This document shows positions 1-8,962 of a stretch of 64,000 nt of DNA, one piece after another. Location: contig OZ242374.1 of the NCBI GenBank assembly GCA_965209055.1, forward strand, positions 2,816,001-2,880,000, in the 5' to 3' direction. The DNA is from Acidobacteriota bacterium. Lineage in GTDB: Bacteria; Acidobacteriota; UBA6911; RPQK01; JAJDTT01. Every line of letters begins with the position of its first letter. Within the stretch, counting starts at the first letter, position 1. A program made the position numbers and the translations under genes. The notes beneath the pieces are model-generated. The model saw only the letters and a list, made by a program, of their open reading frames with translations, searched no databases and was not told where the DNA came from.

Positions 1-142
1 CGGGGAATCAGTCTGAGAATGGGGGCACCCAGAGCCTTGCCAGGGTGGTACTCCTCATAATGAAGGTTTGGACACCGCAAAGCCGAAACAATAACGGCTC
101 TCACGTCCCTTGAATCGACTTGTTCAGACCTTCCCTAAGTGC

Positions 143-2428
143 CTAGGCCCAGCGTTGTCTGACATATCCGACAAGATCGGCCCCTTCAAGGATCCGGGTC
201 GAGTTGTTCACCCGAACGAAGAAGGCCCGGTCACGTTTGGAGACCTTGGCATAGATCGGCTCAGGAGATGGGGTCACGTGTACCATGGCGACTTGCACGC
301 CATCGACAGCCTGCAACTGAATCTTCGCCATCGTGGAAGCAAGTGGTCCGAGCGAGCGCTCGATCAGGTTTGTGAGTGAGTTCACATACCGGTCCCCGTC
401 CATGTTCTTCATGTCCAGGTCCGGTTGGATGCCGAGGATCTCGCCGTCATCCGCAATGCCGACCGCGAGAATGCCACCTCCGGCGTTCAGGAAGCCCGCG
501 ATGGTCTTGAGCACGGACTCCGTGATTACTCTCTCCGGTACGTTCGGCTTGTAGCTGTAGTAGGCAGACGACTTGAACTCGACCCGCTCGGTTTCCATTT
601 CGGCGAGGAGATCGTCAATGGACCATGCGTGGCCACCAGGCGGCAGCGGCAGCGGTTCCTCCTCCTCGGGAGGCTCGCCGGTCCGGAGCCTGTTGAATGC
701 CGCTCGCACGACATCAGCGATGAGCACCCGCCGTTGCTGAAGGAACTCCCGATAATCCATCTGTTCCCAACCCTCCGGCAGCGCATGCCAGAACCGTGCT
801 CGTTCTCGCTGCCGCGCCGTAAGCTTGGCGAAGAGGGGAGGGAAATACTCACTTGGCCGTGAGTCGCCGATCTCCGCGTTGTCGGGCCATTCGACGAAGG
901 CGTAGTTGGCGATCTGATTTCGCTGTACTGTGCGATCGATGCCAATCCGTGTCAGGTACGCTTTGGGAAAAAGATGGTGACGCTCGACGGCCGAGCGAGG
1001 AGCGTGCGTCGATGGATCCAAAAGCTCACTCAATTGCAGCGGGGAAAACAGCGGCTGCGCATTGAGGAGAACAAGGCTTGCGTGGTATCCGAACACCGTC
1101 GGACCGAAGGCTGAGGAAGTCTCAAGCGAACTGGGGAGTTGGATCGTCCAATAGTCCATGGTGAGCGTCGTGTCGATGATCCCGTTCAGCATTGCCACAA
1201 ACTCATCACCGGACCTCGCCTCGGCGACACGGCGGAGATCCTGCTCAACTCGGCTCTCGAAGTTGCCCGTGTATCGGCCAGTAAGTGAGGTCATGAAGAA
1301 CCATTGAGCGATGGCTTCGCGAAGGGTCCTGCGGTTGATCCGGTAGTCTCGATGGCCAATCAGGTACATCAGGTAGGAGAACATCAGATTGTTCTCCGAA
1401 CTGATCATGGCTCGGCTTCGGTAGCCGGCCCGACGGACTGCCTTAAGAAACTCGTGCCAATTAGTCAGCGAAAGGGTCTCCGCCTGAGCCTCCCGCAATG
1501 TGGCGAACTGCTTCTCCCGGATCTGAGCCGAAATCTCGCCGGTCTCAAGGTCTTTGCCCCGAAGCACCTGATAGACGTATCGAAGGCGGGCGCGCCGGAG
1601 GGCAAGTCCCGAAACCACGCGTAGCATCTGGTCCGCGGACGGGTCGATGAACGGATTTGCGGGAGACGGCCCAGGAGGCCGGAGCCTAGCGTTCCGGGCG
1701 AATTTCTCCAGTTGCTTGCGGCCCTCCTCCCACCAGACGGACATCAGTGTGAGAATGAAGTCGGCTTGGCCGAGTCTATCCCCCTTGCTATTGATGCGCA
1801 CGAAGATGTCCGCGACCTGTTCCTCACCTGCCGTTGAAGCCACCTCCATGGCCTTAAAAGGATAGTTTCGGAGGTTGTAGAGTCTTTCAATGGCCGATTC
1901 AATGCGGACGCGCCGGTCCTCGCCAAGATCACCCTTGCTTTCTTCCAGGCGCATGAGGAACTCCCGCACCTTCTTTAGCAAACTGCCGCCAGCCCATAGA
2001 ATCGAGATGTCGGCGATGAACTCCGGGTTCCTTACCACTGCGGCATCGGCTACCTCGAAGCTGCCGTCTCGGGGGCGAAACGCGATACGAATCCGCGAAG
2101 CAGTGTAATCCTCACGGAGCACTTCGCTCCCCGTGAGCACGGCGTAGAGGCTGGTGAGCCGCTGCTGGCCATCCACGATCATGAGGCGCGGCGCGGCCTC
2201 GTGGGCATGCGTGCCGATTCGGCGGGCACCCATCTCGGCACCGGTTGCCCAGAAGATCAGGTGGCCAACGGGGAAGCCACGGTACATCGAGTCGAAGAGG
2301 TCTCGGACCTTGGTCGCCTTCCAGCGGAAGGGTCGCTGGATGTCGGGCAGAGCAATCTCGCCCCTACCGATCGCCTCGACCAAGGCAGACAGGCTGTACG
2401 AGCTGTCGTTAAAGACTGTGATGGCCAT
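143..2428 (-). CDS. GmrSD-family (DUF262 + DUF1524/HNH) modification-dependent nuclease fused to a C-terminal Schlafen/AlbA_2 domain
   Basis: IALPDIQRPFRW, IVDGQQRLTSL and FVRINSKG (DUF262); ERHHLFP...N (HNH-like); tail ETERVEFKSS...IAGFLNAGGGILAVGIADDGEILG (AlbA_2). Confidence 0.85.
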   Translation of the reverse strand: MAITVFNDSSYSLSALVEAIGRGEIALPDIQRPFRWKATKVRDLFDSMYRGFPVGHLIFWATGAEMGARRIGTHAHEAAPRLMIVDGQQRLTSLYAVLTGSEVLREDYTASRIRIAFRPRDGSFEVADAAVVRNPEFIADISILWAGGSLLKKVREFLMRLEESKGDLGEDRRVRIESAIERLYNLRNYPFKAMEVASTAGEEQVADIFVRINSKGDRLGQADFILTLMSVWWEEGRKQLEKFARNARLRPPGPSPANPFIDPSADQMLRVVSGLALRRARLRYVYQVLRGKDLETGEISAQIREKQFATLREAQAETLSLTNWHEFLKAVRRAGYRSRAMISSENNLMFSYLMYLIGHRDYRINRRTLREAIAQWFFMTSLTGRYTGNFESRVEQDLRRVAEARSGDEFVAMLNGIIDTTLTMDYWTIQLPSSLETSSAFGPTVFGYHASLVLLNAQPLFSPLQLSELLDPSTHAPRSAVERHHLFPKAYLTRIGIDRTVQRNQIANYAFVEWPDNAEIGDSRPSEYFPPLFAKLTARQRERARFWHALPEGWEQMDYREFLQQRRVLIADVVRAAFNRLRTGEPPEEEEPLPLPPGGHAWSIDDLLAEMETERVEFKSSAYYSYKPNVPERVITESVLKTIAGFLNAGGGILAVGIADDGEILGIQPDLDMKNMDGDRYVNSLTNLIERSLGPLASTMAKIQLQAVDGVQVAMVHVTPSPEPIYAKVSKRDRAFFVRVNNSTRILEGADLVGYVRQRWA

Positions 2429-3011
2429 GTGGATATGCGGGCAATGGTTTTCTGAGGCGCTGACCGGGATGCGGAGTGCGGTGCAGAAGTGTGCAGGCTG
2501 CCTCGGTTGGTCTGCAACTCCTTTTTGACAAACACATCCGGCTATGCGAGCGGATCGTACTCCGATGCACGATGTCTTGCCAGAACCCCCAGTCCTGAAA
2601 GATCAGCATTCAGTATAGAGGCACCACTCGGGAATGAAAAACCAAGAGAGTTGAGAGACTTCCTACGGCTTCGCCGGATGGTGCGCTTCGCCGACGACGA
2701 TCTAACGGAACCGGGTCGGCCACGTAAGCAGGATCCTTCGATCTATCGACCTGCGGTTCATTTGGACATAGACGCGTCAGACGGACAAGCAATTTTGCCC
2801 ACCGAGCAGGACGGCGATATCGGGAGCCATAGAGTGCCAAATCCGGGTCACCGTATACCCGGCACGATCGTGAACGGCGATCAGGTCCAGCACCGGATGG
2901 TCTCCAGGCCGGAATATGGGATCGTATTCGGCTCGCCAGACAATGTCCGCCTAATCCGCCGGAATGATACCTGCATAACGCCACTTCATGGCTTCATGGG
3001 ATCATCTTACT

Positions 3012-3294
3012 GCCTTCCCGCCAGGGATAATTTGGACGGGAGCGACCCCCCCAGGGGGTGCTGCGCAAATGTGAATTGCGCAACACCCCCGCGCCCGCAC
3101 CGGGCAGGAAAAAGGGGGGGTCGCTCCCGTCCACCTCCATTTTCCCCGTGCGGCCACCCGGTGGCCAGAAATGGGGCCGTAACTGACTGAAAGGAAAAAA
3201 GATCGGGGACAGCGCGTTTGTGAATCACCGGGACCGCTTTTTGTGAATCCACCCCCCTTGTCCCATTCACATCCCGGATCGGGCGCGAGACCCC
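3012..3294. repeat. Structured non-coding module, copy 1
   Basis: 19-bp perfect stem 3034-3052/3114-3132 enclosing two hairpins; TTTGTGAATC at 3217 and 3240; second copy at 14391-14671. Confidence 0.85.
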
Positions 3295-3537
3295 CTTGAG
3301 GCACAGCCGAAACGAGCCTCCAAAGGCCCTTGCGATTGCCGAGTGCGTTCACCGTCAATCACGACCTGGAAGGAGCGACTTTCCGCCGCTGGTTGCAACT
3401 CGACCGCCCGCTTCAGTGCTGCCGTCACCCCTCCGTAGGGGTTGAGCAGGGCCGTATCCCCCGTTGGAACGGCGCGTTTGAATCGGACGGCGACAATCGT
3501 GTAGCTTGATGAGCCGATTGAGATATCGGACGCAGAA

Positions 3538-4593
3538 ATGACTGAGGAACTGTGTATCTGGGCGGTCGACGGGTCGGGGACGGTGGCGCCCCTGTCACCG
3601 CTCAAGCAGATGCAAACCGAGTTGGGCTTGGAGGAGCTTTTGGTTCGCAACCCGGAAATGCTCGAACCGGGCCTCCGTCTCGTGGGACGACAGACGCCCA
3701 CCCAAACCGGTTGGCTGGATCTGCTCGCCGTTGACGCGGACGGCCGTCTGGTCGTCTACGAGTTGAAGCGAGGGATGCTTGCCCGCGAGGCTGTGACCCA
3801 AGTCTTGGACTACGCTTCGGACTTGGACGCCATGAGTACCGGCGACCTCGCGAAGCACATTTCCGAACGTAGCGGGAACGACGGTATCGAACAGATCGAT
3901 GACTTCGAGCAATGGTACGCCGACAACTTCGGCGGGGACGACCTGTCACGCCTCCTGCCGCCCCGCATGGTACTCGTCGGATTGGGTGTGGACGCTGTAG
4001 CCGAACGGATGGCACGATTCATTTCTGCTGGGCCAGTGGATATTTCCGTGGTGACATTCCACGGGTTTCAACGTGAAGGGGAGCGACTCCTAGCTCGACA
4101 ACTGGAGGTGGAGTCAGGACGAACAGAAATCATCCGAAAGCGTCCTTCCGCAACCACCGCCGAAAAGCGTCGGGCTCTGGAAAAATACCTGGTTGACAAT
4201 GGATACAAGGAACTCTTTGACCGAGTCCATGCCGACCTTCGCCGACATCTGCCAGAGCAGGGCGTTTGGGAGCAGGTAGGGAGCACGAGCGTCGGATTTG
4301 TGCTCAGCGAGCCTGGGGATTCCAACGTCACGAGAACCTACTTTGGCGTGCAAGCCGGATATCTGGGAACGGAAGTGTGCAGCGTCAGCGTATTGCCGCA
4401 GGCGATTACATGGGGCGGTGACGGTGCATTTGCCAGGCTCAGTGGTTCCGTCAATCTCGAAGAATGGACACACGGTGGCTATGCTCTCTCCTTCAAGACC
4501 CTGGAAGAGTGGGACGAGATTCGACCAGAAGTGCTTGAGTACGTACGCGCCGTCTCGGCGAATCGCACGAACGTGGAAGGGCCAAAAAACTGA
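3538..4593 (+). CDS. NucS/DUF91-like PD-(D/E)XK endonuclease with extra C-terminal domain
   Basis: LEELLVRNPEML...LDLLAVDADGRLVVYELKRG...QVLDY. Confidence 0.75.
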   Translation: MTEELCIWAVDGSGTVAPLSPLKQMQTELGLEELLVRNPEMLEPGLRLVGRQTPTQTGWLDLLAVDADGRLVVYELKRGMLAREAVTQVLDYASDLDAMSTGDLAKHISERSGNDGIEQIDDFEQWYADNFGGDDLSRLLPPRMVLVGLGVDAVAERMARFISAGPVDISVVTFHGFQREGERLLARQLEVESGRTEIIRKRPSATTAEKRRALEKYLVDNGYKELFDRVHADLRRHLPEQGVWEQVGSTSVGFVLSEPGDSNVTRTYFGVQAGYLGTEVCSVSVLPQAITWGGDGAFARLSGSVNLEEWTHGGYALSFKTLEEWDEIRPEVLEYVRAVSANRTNVEGPKN

Positions 4594-4689
4594 GTCCGAC
4601 TGCCCGACCTTCGTCACAGCGGATCTGGTGACGGCGGGCCTATATCGCAGAGGAAATAGTACCAGACCGGCATCGCAGGCTCGAATACT

Positions 4690-4836
4690 GCTGCCTGTTT
4701 GTTGCCTGTTCAGGATGTCAAACATAGGGAGTCAACCACGCTACCGATTCGGCGAAGAACCCGGTAATCCATTGAAAACGTTAATGTTTGGTAGTTGTTG
4801 ACTGTGGGGCTATCGGGATAGGAAAACCCCCACTCC
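4690..4836. other. attR-like right end of element 1 (arm repeats, IHF-like site, core inside a REP hairpin)
   Basis: GCTGCCTGTTTGTTGCCTGTT at 4690-4710; core GGGA-TAGGAAA-ACCCCC at 4815-4831 in register with element 2 attR. Confidence 0.7.
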
Positions 4837-4860
4837 TACCATGCGGAGAGGAGGATTGTC

Positions 4861-6198
4861 GTGATAAAGACACTGGATCGTCGCCAGTTCCTGGGAGGGT
4901 CGGCCGCTGCGGCGGTGGCGCTGGGGTCCCCGCGTTCCCTGGTTTCAGGGGCACAGGCCGGATCGGCTCTGGACCGGCTCAACATTGCCTCCATCGGCGT
5001 CCACAATCGGGCGGCGGGTAATCTGAAAGGCGTCGCCAGCGAGAATATCGTTGCCATTTGCGACATCGATCAGGAGTTTCTCGACGCCGCGGGAGAGACT
5101 TATCCCAACGCGCGCCGTTACCGCGACTTCAGGGTCATGTTGGAGAAGGAGGCGGAGAAGATCGACGCCGTCCTGGTCAGCACGCCCGACCATACCCATG
5201 CCCCGGCGGCGTCGATGGCCCTTCAGATGAAGAAGCACGTCTATTGCGAGAAGCCGCTCACCCACACCATCTACGAAGCGCGGAGACTGGCCGAACTGGC
5301 GGCAGAGCACAACCTGGTCACCCAGATGGGGACACAGATCCACGCCGAGGAGAACTATCGCCTCGTGGTCGAGCTGGTCCGAAGCGGCGCCATCGGCGAG
5401 ATCCGGGAAGTCCACGTCTGGGTCAACGTCGACTATTCGGGCCGGCGGATGATTACCGGAAAACCGCGTCCCGGCCACGTCGACTGGGATCTCTGGCTGG
5501 GTCCCGCGGCGGCCCGGCCCTACTGCGAGAGCGTCGCCGAGGATGGTTCGGTCAGCGTGGTTCACCCCTTCAACTGGCGTTGGTTCTGGGACTACGGCAC
5601 GGGCGCCCTGGGGGACTTCGCCTGCCACTGGATGGACCTCCCCCACTGGGCGTTGGATCTCAAGCACCCGGCCCGGGTGTCGACGGCCGGTCCCCCGCCG
5701 CTCCTGGAGAGTGCGACATCCGGCCTGGTCGTGACCTACGAATATCCGGCCCGGGGCTCCCTGCCGCCGGTGACGTTGAAGTGGTACGACGGCGGGAAGA
5801 AGCCGGACCTCCTGGCGGGGTTCAAGGACGCCGAGGGCCAGCCCCTGAACCCGCACCGCGGGCAGCTCTTCGTCGGATCCGAAGGGATGATCCTCTCGAA
5901 CTACTCGGAGCACATGCTGCTTCCGGTGGCGAGGTTCGCCGGTTTCAAGCGCCCGGACCCCACCATTCCCCGGTCGCCCGGGCACCATCAGGAATGGATC
6001 CAGGCCATCAAGACCGGCGGGACCGCCAACTGCAACTTCGACTATTCGGGCGCCCTCACCGAGGCGGTCCTGCTGGGGGTCGTGGCCTACCGAACCGGCC
6101 GGACCATCGAGTGGGACGCGTCTTCGCTGCGAGTCACCAACTCGGCGGCCGCCCAACAGCTCGTCCACAAGGAATACCGCAAGGGCTGGACGCTGTAG
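4861..6198 (+). CDS. Tat-exported Gfo/Idh/MocA oxidoreductase
   Basis: DRRQFL twin-arginine signal; STPDHTH and YCEKPL motifs; GGAGG RBS. Confidence 0.9.
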   Translation: MIKTLDRRQFLGGSAAAAVALGSPRSLVSGAQAGSALDRLNIASIGVHNRAAGNLKGVASENIVAICDIDQEFLDAAGETYPNARRYRDFRVMLEKEAEKIDAVLVSTPDHTHAPAASMALQMKKHVYCEKPLTHTIYEARRLAELAAEHNLVTQMGTQIHAEENYRLVVELVRSGAIGEIREVHVWVNVDYSGRRMITGKPRPGHVDWDLWLGPAAARPYCESVAEDGSVSVVHPFNWRWFWDYGTGALGDFACHWMDLPHWALDLKHPARVSTAGPPPLLESATSGLVVTYEYPARGSLPPVTLKWYDGGKKPDLLAGFKDAEGQPLNPHRGQLFVGSEGMILSNYSEHMLLPVARFAGFKRPDPTIPRSPGHHQEWIQAIKTGGTANCNFDYSGALTEAVLLGVVAYRTGRTIEWDASSLRVTNSAAAQQLVHKEYRKGWTL

Positions 6199-6202
6199 CT
6201 GG

Positions 6203-6259
6203 GGGGGGACTGTTAGTCCCCCCGTGCCCCGGATTCGGGGGTAGGAAAACCCCCGCTCC
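6203..6259. repeat. Intact REP-like doublet (GGGGGACTGTTAGTCCCCC and CGGGGGTAGGAAAACCCCCG)
   Basis: Two intergenic palindromes matching the two element insertion cores. Confidence 0.8.
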
Positions 6260-6335
6260 GCTCCTATCTTTCGCCAGGGCTTTTGGGTCCCATGGCGGCG
6301 TATTGCTCGAAGAATCGCTGGCAAGGAGGCAACAG

Positions 6336-7658
6336 ATGGCGAAAATACTTGTAGCCCGCACACTCCTCGTGTCGGTGGGTCTGACGCTCGGACTGCAAGC
6401 CCAGCCGCTCCCCGGAATTCTCGAACTTGATCATGCCATCGAGCTCGCACTCTCGCGTCACGCCGACTTGGACGCCGCCCGGGCGGCAATCGATGCGCGC
6501 GCCGGCTCGACGCGTCAAGCCGGTCTCTCGCCGAACCCGGTTCTCTCTTTACAGACCGAGAACTGGCGTTTCTACGGCAATCCAGGCTTTTCGGCCTCCC
6601 GCGATCTCGATCTCTTCGCGTGGGTGAGCGTGCCCATCGAGACCGCGCGCAAGCGGACGCGGCGGGTCGAGCTCGCGGAGGCCGATGAGCGCATCGCGGA
6701 GTACGAACGCCAACTGGCGGCCTGGAGGATTCGCCAGAACGTCAAGAAGGCCTATTGGAACGCTCTGGCAACCGTGAGCGACGTGAAGATGCTGGAGCGC
6801 AGCCGCGAAACCTTGGAACGCCTGGAGGATTATCACGAGGTGCGGGTTCGGCTGGGCGCGACGGCCGAAGTGGACCTGATCAAGGTTCGAGTCGAAGTTG
6901 GACGTTCCGCACTGGCCCTCTCCGGTGCCGAAATGGAGGTCAGCCGTGCGAAGATCGCCGTGCTGGAGGCGATGGGGATCGCGGAGTTGAGCACCGGCTT
7001 TGAGCTGCGACAGCCGGACGCATGGCCGGTCGACGTGAGTTGGGACAATTCCGAGGCCACCCGGCAGACCGCGGAGAAGGCTTTGGCCCATCGCGTGGAG
7101 ATTCTGCTGGGCCGGGCTCGGGTGGAGCGCGCCCGCGCGGCCGCAGAGTTGCAACGGTCGCTGGCGCGGCCCGACGTGAGACCCTATGTTGGTTACAAGC
7201 GGACCAACGAGTTCAACACGCTCGTCGGCGGGATCTCGATTCCGTTGCCGGTCCGCGACGATAACGCGGGCCGGATCGCGGAGGCCCTGGCCCAGGTCCG
7301 CCGGCGGGAAGCGGCCCTGCGGGCAGCGGAAGCGCGCATTTCCGCCCAGGTGGCCACCGCGGTGGAGACGGTGCGGCGGCGATCGGAAATGTTGCGCTCG
7401 ATGGAGACCGGGGTCCTTGACCGTGCGCGGGAGACTTCCCGGATCGCGCTCGCCGCCTACCAGGAAGGAGGGGTCGATCTGCTCGACGTGCTCGACGCCC
7501 AGCGCGCCCAGAACGAGCTCGACCTGTTCCACTCGCGATTGGTGTTCGACTACCAATTGAGCTGGGTGGATCTGGAAACCGCCTCGGGGACTCCGAATCT
7601 TGCTCTGTCCCCGGATGGGACCCAAACGGCGGCTTATTTTGGCACCATGGTCGAGTGA
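6336..7658 (+). CDS. czcC: TolC/CzcC-family outer-membrane efflux protein
   Basis: AGGAGG then ATG 6336; signal peptide; SPNPVL and AYQEGGVDLLDVLDAQR motifs; precedes MFP and RND genes. Confidence 0.8.
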   Translation: MAKILVARTLLVSVGLTLGLQAQPLPGILELDHAIELALSRHADLDAARAAIDARAGSTRQAGLSPNPVLSLQTENWRFYGNPGFSASRDLDLFAWVSVPIETARKRTRRVELAEADERIAEYERQLAAWRIRQNVKKAYWNALATVSDVKMLERSRETLERLEDYHEVRVRLGATAEVDLIKVRVEVGRSALALSGAEMEVSRAKIAVLEAMGIAELSTGFELRQPDAWPVDVSWDNSEATRQTAEKALAHRVEILLGRARVERARAAAELQRSLARPDVRPYVGYKRTNEFNTLVGGISIPLPVRDDNAGRIAEALAQVRRREAALRAAEARISAQVATAVETVRRRSEMLRSMETGVLDRARETSRIALAAYQEGGVDLLDVLDAQRAQNELDLFHSRLVFDYQLSWVDLETASGTPNLALSPDGTQTAAYFGTMVE

Positions 7659-8932
7659 AGCTGGTGACCATGCGAACTCCGGAACCTGAGCTCAGGCGAA
7701 TCTCCTGGTCTGTGGCCGCATTTCTGATGCTGGCGGGGGCCGGATGCACGACACCGGCCGCCGAAGCAGAGCCGGCTGCCGAAACGGAACCGGCCGAAGC
7801 CGACGCGGAACACGACCCGGGTTTGATTCGTCTGGACGAGGAGGCGATCCGAATTGCCGGCATCACCCTCGCCGAAGCGGAAACCGGAAAACTCGAAATA
7901 GAATTGCAGGTCCCGGGACGGATCACCATCAACCAGGACGCCACGGCGCGCGTGGGCACATTTGCCGAAGGCGTCGTTGTCGCGTGTTGCGAGTCGGTCG
8001 GCACGGACGTCGAAAAAGGACACGTGCTCGCGAGCCTTCACAGCCACGAGGTCCATGACGGTGAGGCTTCCTATTGGGAAGCCCGGGCCGAGTTGGAACG
8101 ACGGAAGACGGAACTGCAGTTCGCCCGGGAGACCTACAATCGGGCTTCCCGTCTGCATGAGCTGAAAGCCGGCTCGCTGCAGAAGGTGCAAGAGGCCGAA
8201 TCGAAGTTGCGCAGCGCCGAGATGTTTCTCGAAATCGCCAGGGCCGGAGTGAAGCGTACCGAGATCCACCTGCGCTACTTGGGCCTTTCCCCGGAGCGGC
8301 TGCCGAGCGCGCCTGGCGAGCACCATCTCGCACACGAAGAGCAGCACTTGATCGAGGTGCGTTCGCCGGTGCCGGGCACCATTATCGAGCGTATGATCAC
8401 TCCGGGCGCCGTGGTCGCCCCTTCGGATTCGCTCTACGTCATCAGCGACCTGACGAGCCTGTGGGTGATCGCCCAGGTCCCGGAGCAGCACCTCTCTTCG
8501 CTGCGCAACGGACAGGCAGTAAAAGTGTCGGTGCGGGCTTATCCCGGCAGGACATTTCCCGCTCGCATCACCTACATCGGCGACGCGCTCGATCCGGAAA
8601 CGCGAACCGTCGAGGTGCGTTGCGAGCTGAACAACCCCGGCCGACGGCTCAAGAGAGAGATGTTCGCCACCATCGCCATCGACACCGGCACTCGTCGGGA
8701 AGCGGTCGTCGCACCCCTTGCCGCACTGCAAAACGTGGACGGCGAGGAAGTCCTGTTCGTGCCCGAGGGAGAGGCTTCCTATCGAGTCCGCCCGGTCCAG
8801 GCCGGACGGCGATCCGGATCCATCGTGGAAATCGTGAGCGGCGTGCAGGCAGGCGAGGCGGTGGTGGTCAATGGCGCCTTCCACCTCAAATCCCAGCTGC
8901 TGAAGGCCCGGATGGTCGGACATCATCATTAG
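7655..8932 (+). CDS. czcB: CzcB/CusB-family membrane fusion protein
   Basis: Lipobox-like LAGAGC; RSPVPGTI, DPETRT, LKREMFA; His-rich linker and GHHH tail. Confidence 0.85.
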   Translation: MKLVTMRTPEPELRRISWSVAAFLMLAGAGCTTPAAEAEPAAETEPAEADAEHDPGLIRLDEEAIRIAGITLAEAETGKLEIELQVPGRITINQDATARVGTFAEGVVVACCESVGTDVEKGHVLASLHSHEVHDGEASYWEARAELERRKTELQFARETYNRASRLHELKAGSLQKVQEAESKLRSAEMFLEIARAGVKRTEIHLRYLGLSPERLPSAPGEHHLAHEEQHLIEVRSPVPGTIIERMITPGAVVAPSDSLYVISDLTSLWVIAQVPEQHLSSLRNGQAVKVSVRAYPGRTFPARITYIGDALDPETRTVEVRCELNNPGRRLKREMFATIAIDTGTRREAVVAPLAALQNVDGEEVLFVPEGEASYRVRPVQAGRRSGSIVEIVSGVQAGEAVVVNGAFHLKSQLLKARMVGHHH

Positions 8933-8962
8933 CAGCCCGGCGGCCGCGCCGGTCGAGCCGCA

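Larger units (their letters stand above)
1..4831. mobile_element. Integrative element 1, right part only (left end and integrase presumably outside the window)
   Basis: 4690-4831 aligns with the right end of element 2 (16066-16207); 3012-3294 matches 14391-14671; cargo is defence-type nucleases. Confidence 0.7.

Noticed and set aside
1-100. Possible IS3-like terminal sequence at the window edge
   Set aside because: No transposase or partner repeat in view; resemblance too weak
2777-2989. Minus-strand frame MKWRYAGIIPAD*ADIVWRAEY... with an internal TAG (recoding or pseudogene)
   Set aside because: No RBS, no recognisable family, and no recoding machinery in the window
5058-6335. 866-aa ORF as an extended TolC
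   Set aside because: The upstream part is an off-frame shadow of the oxidoreductase; RBS and signal peptide place the start at 6336
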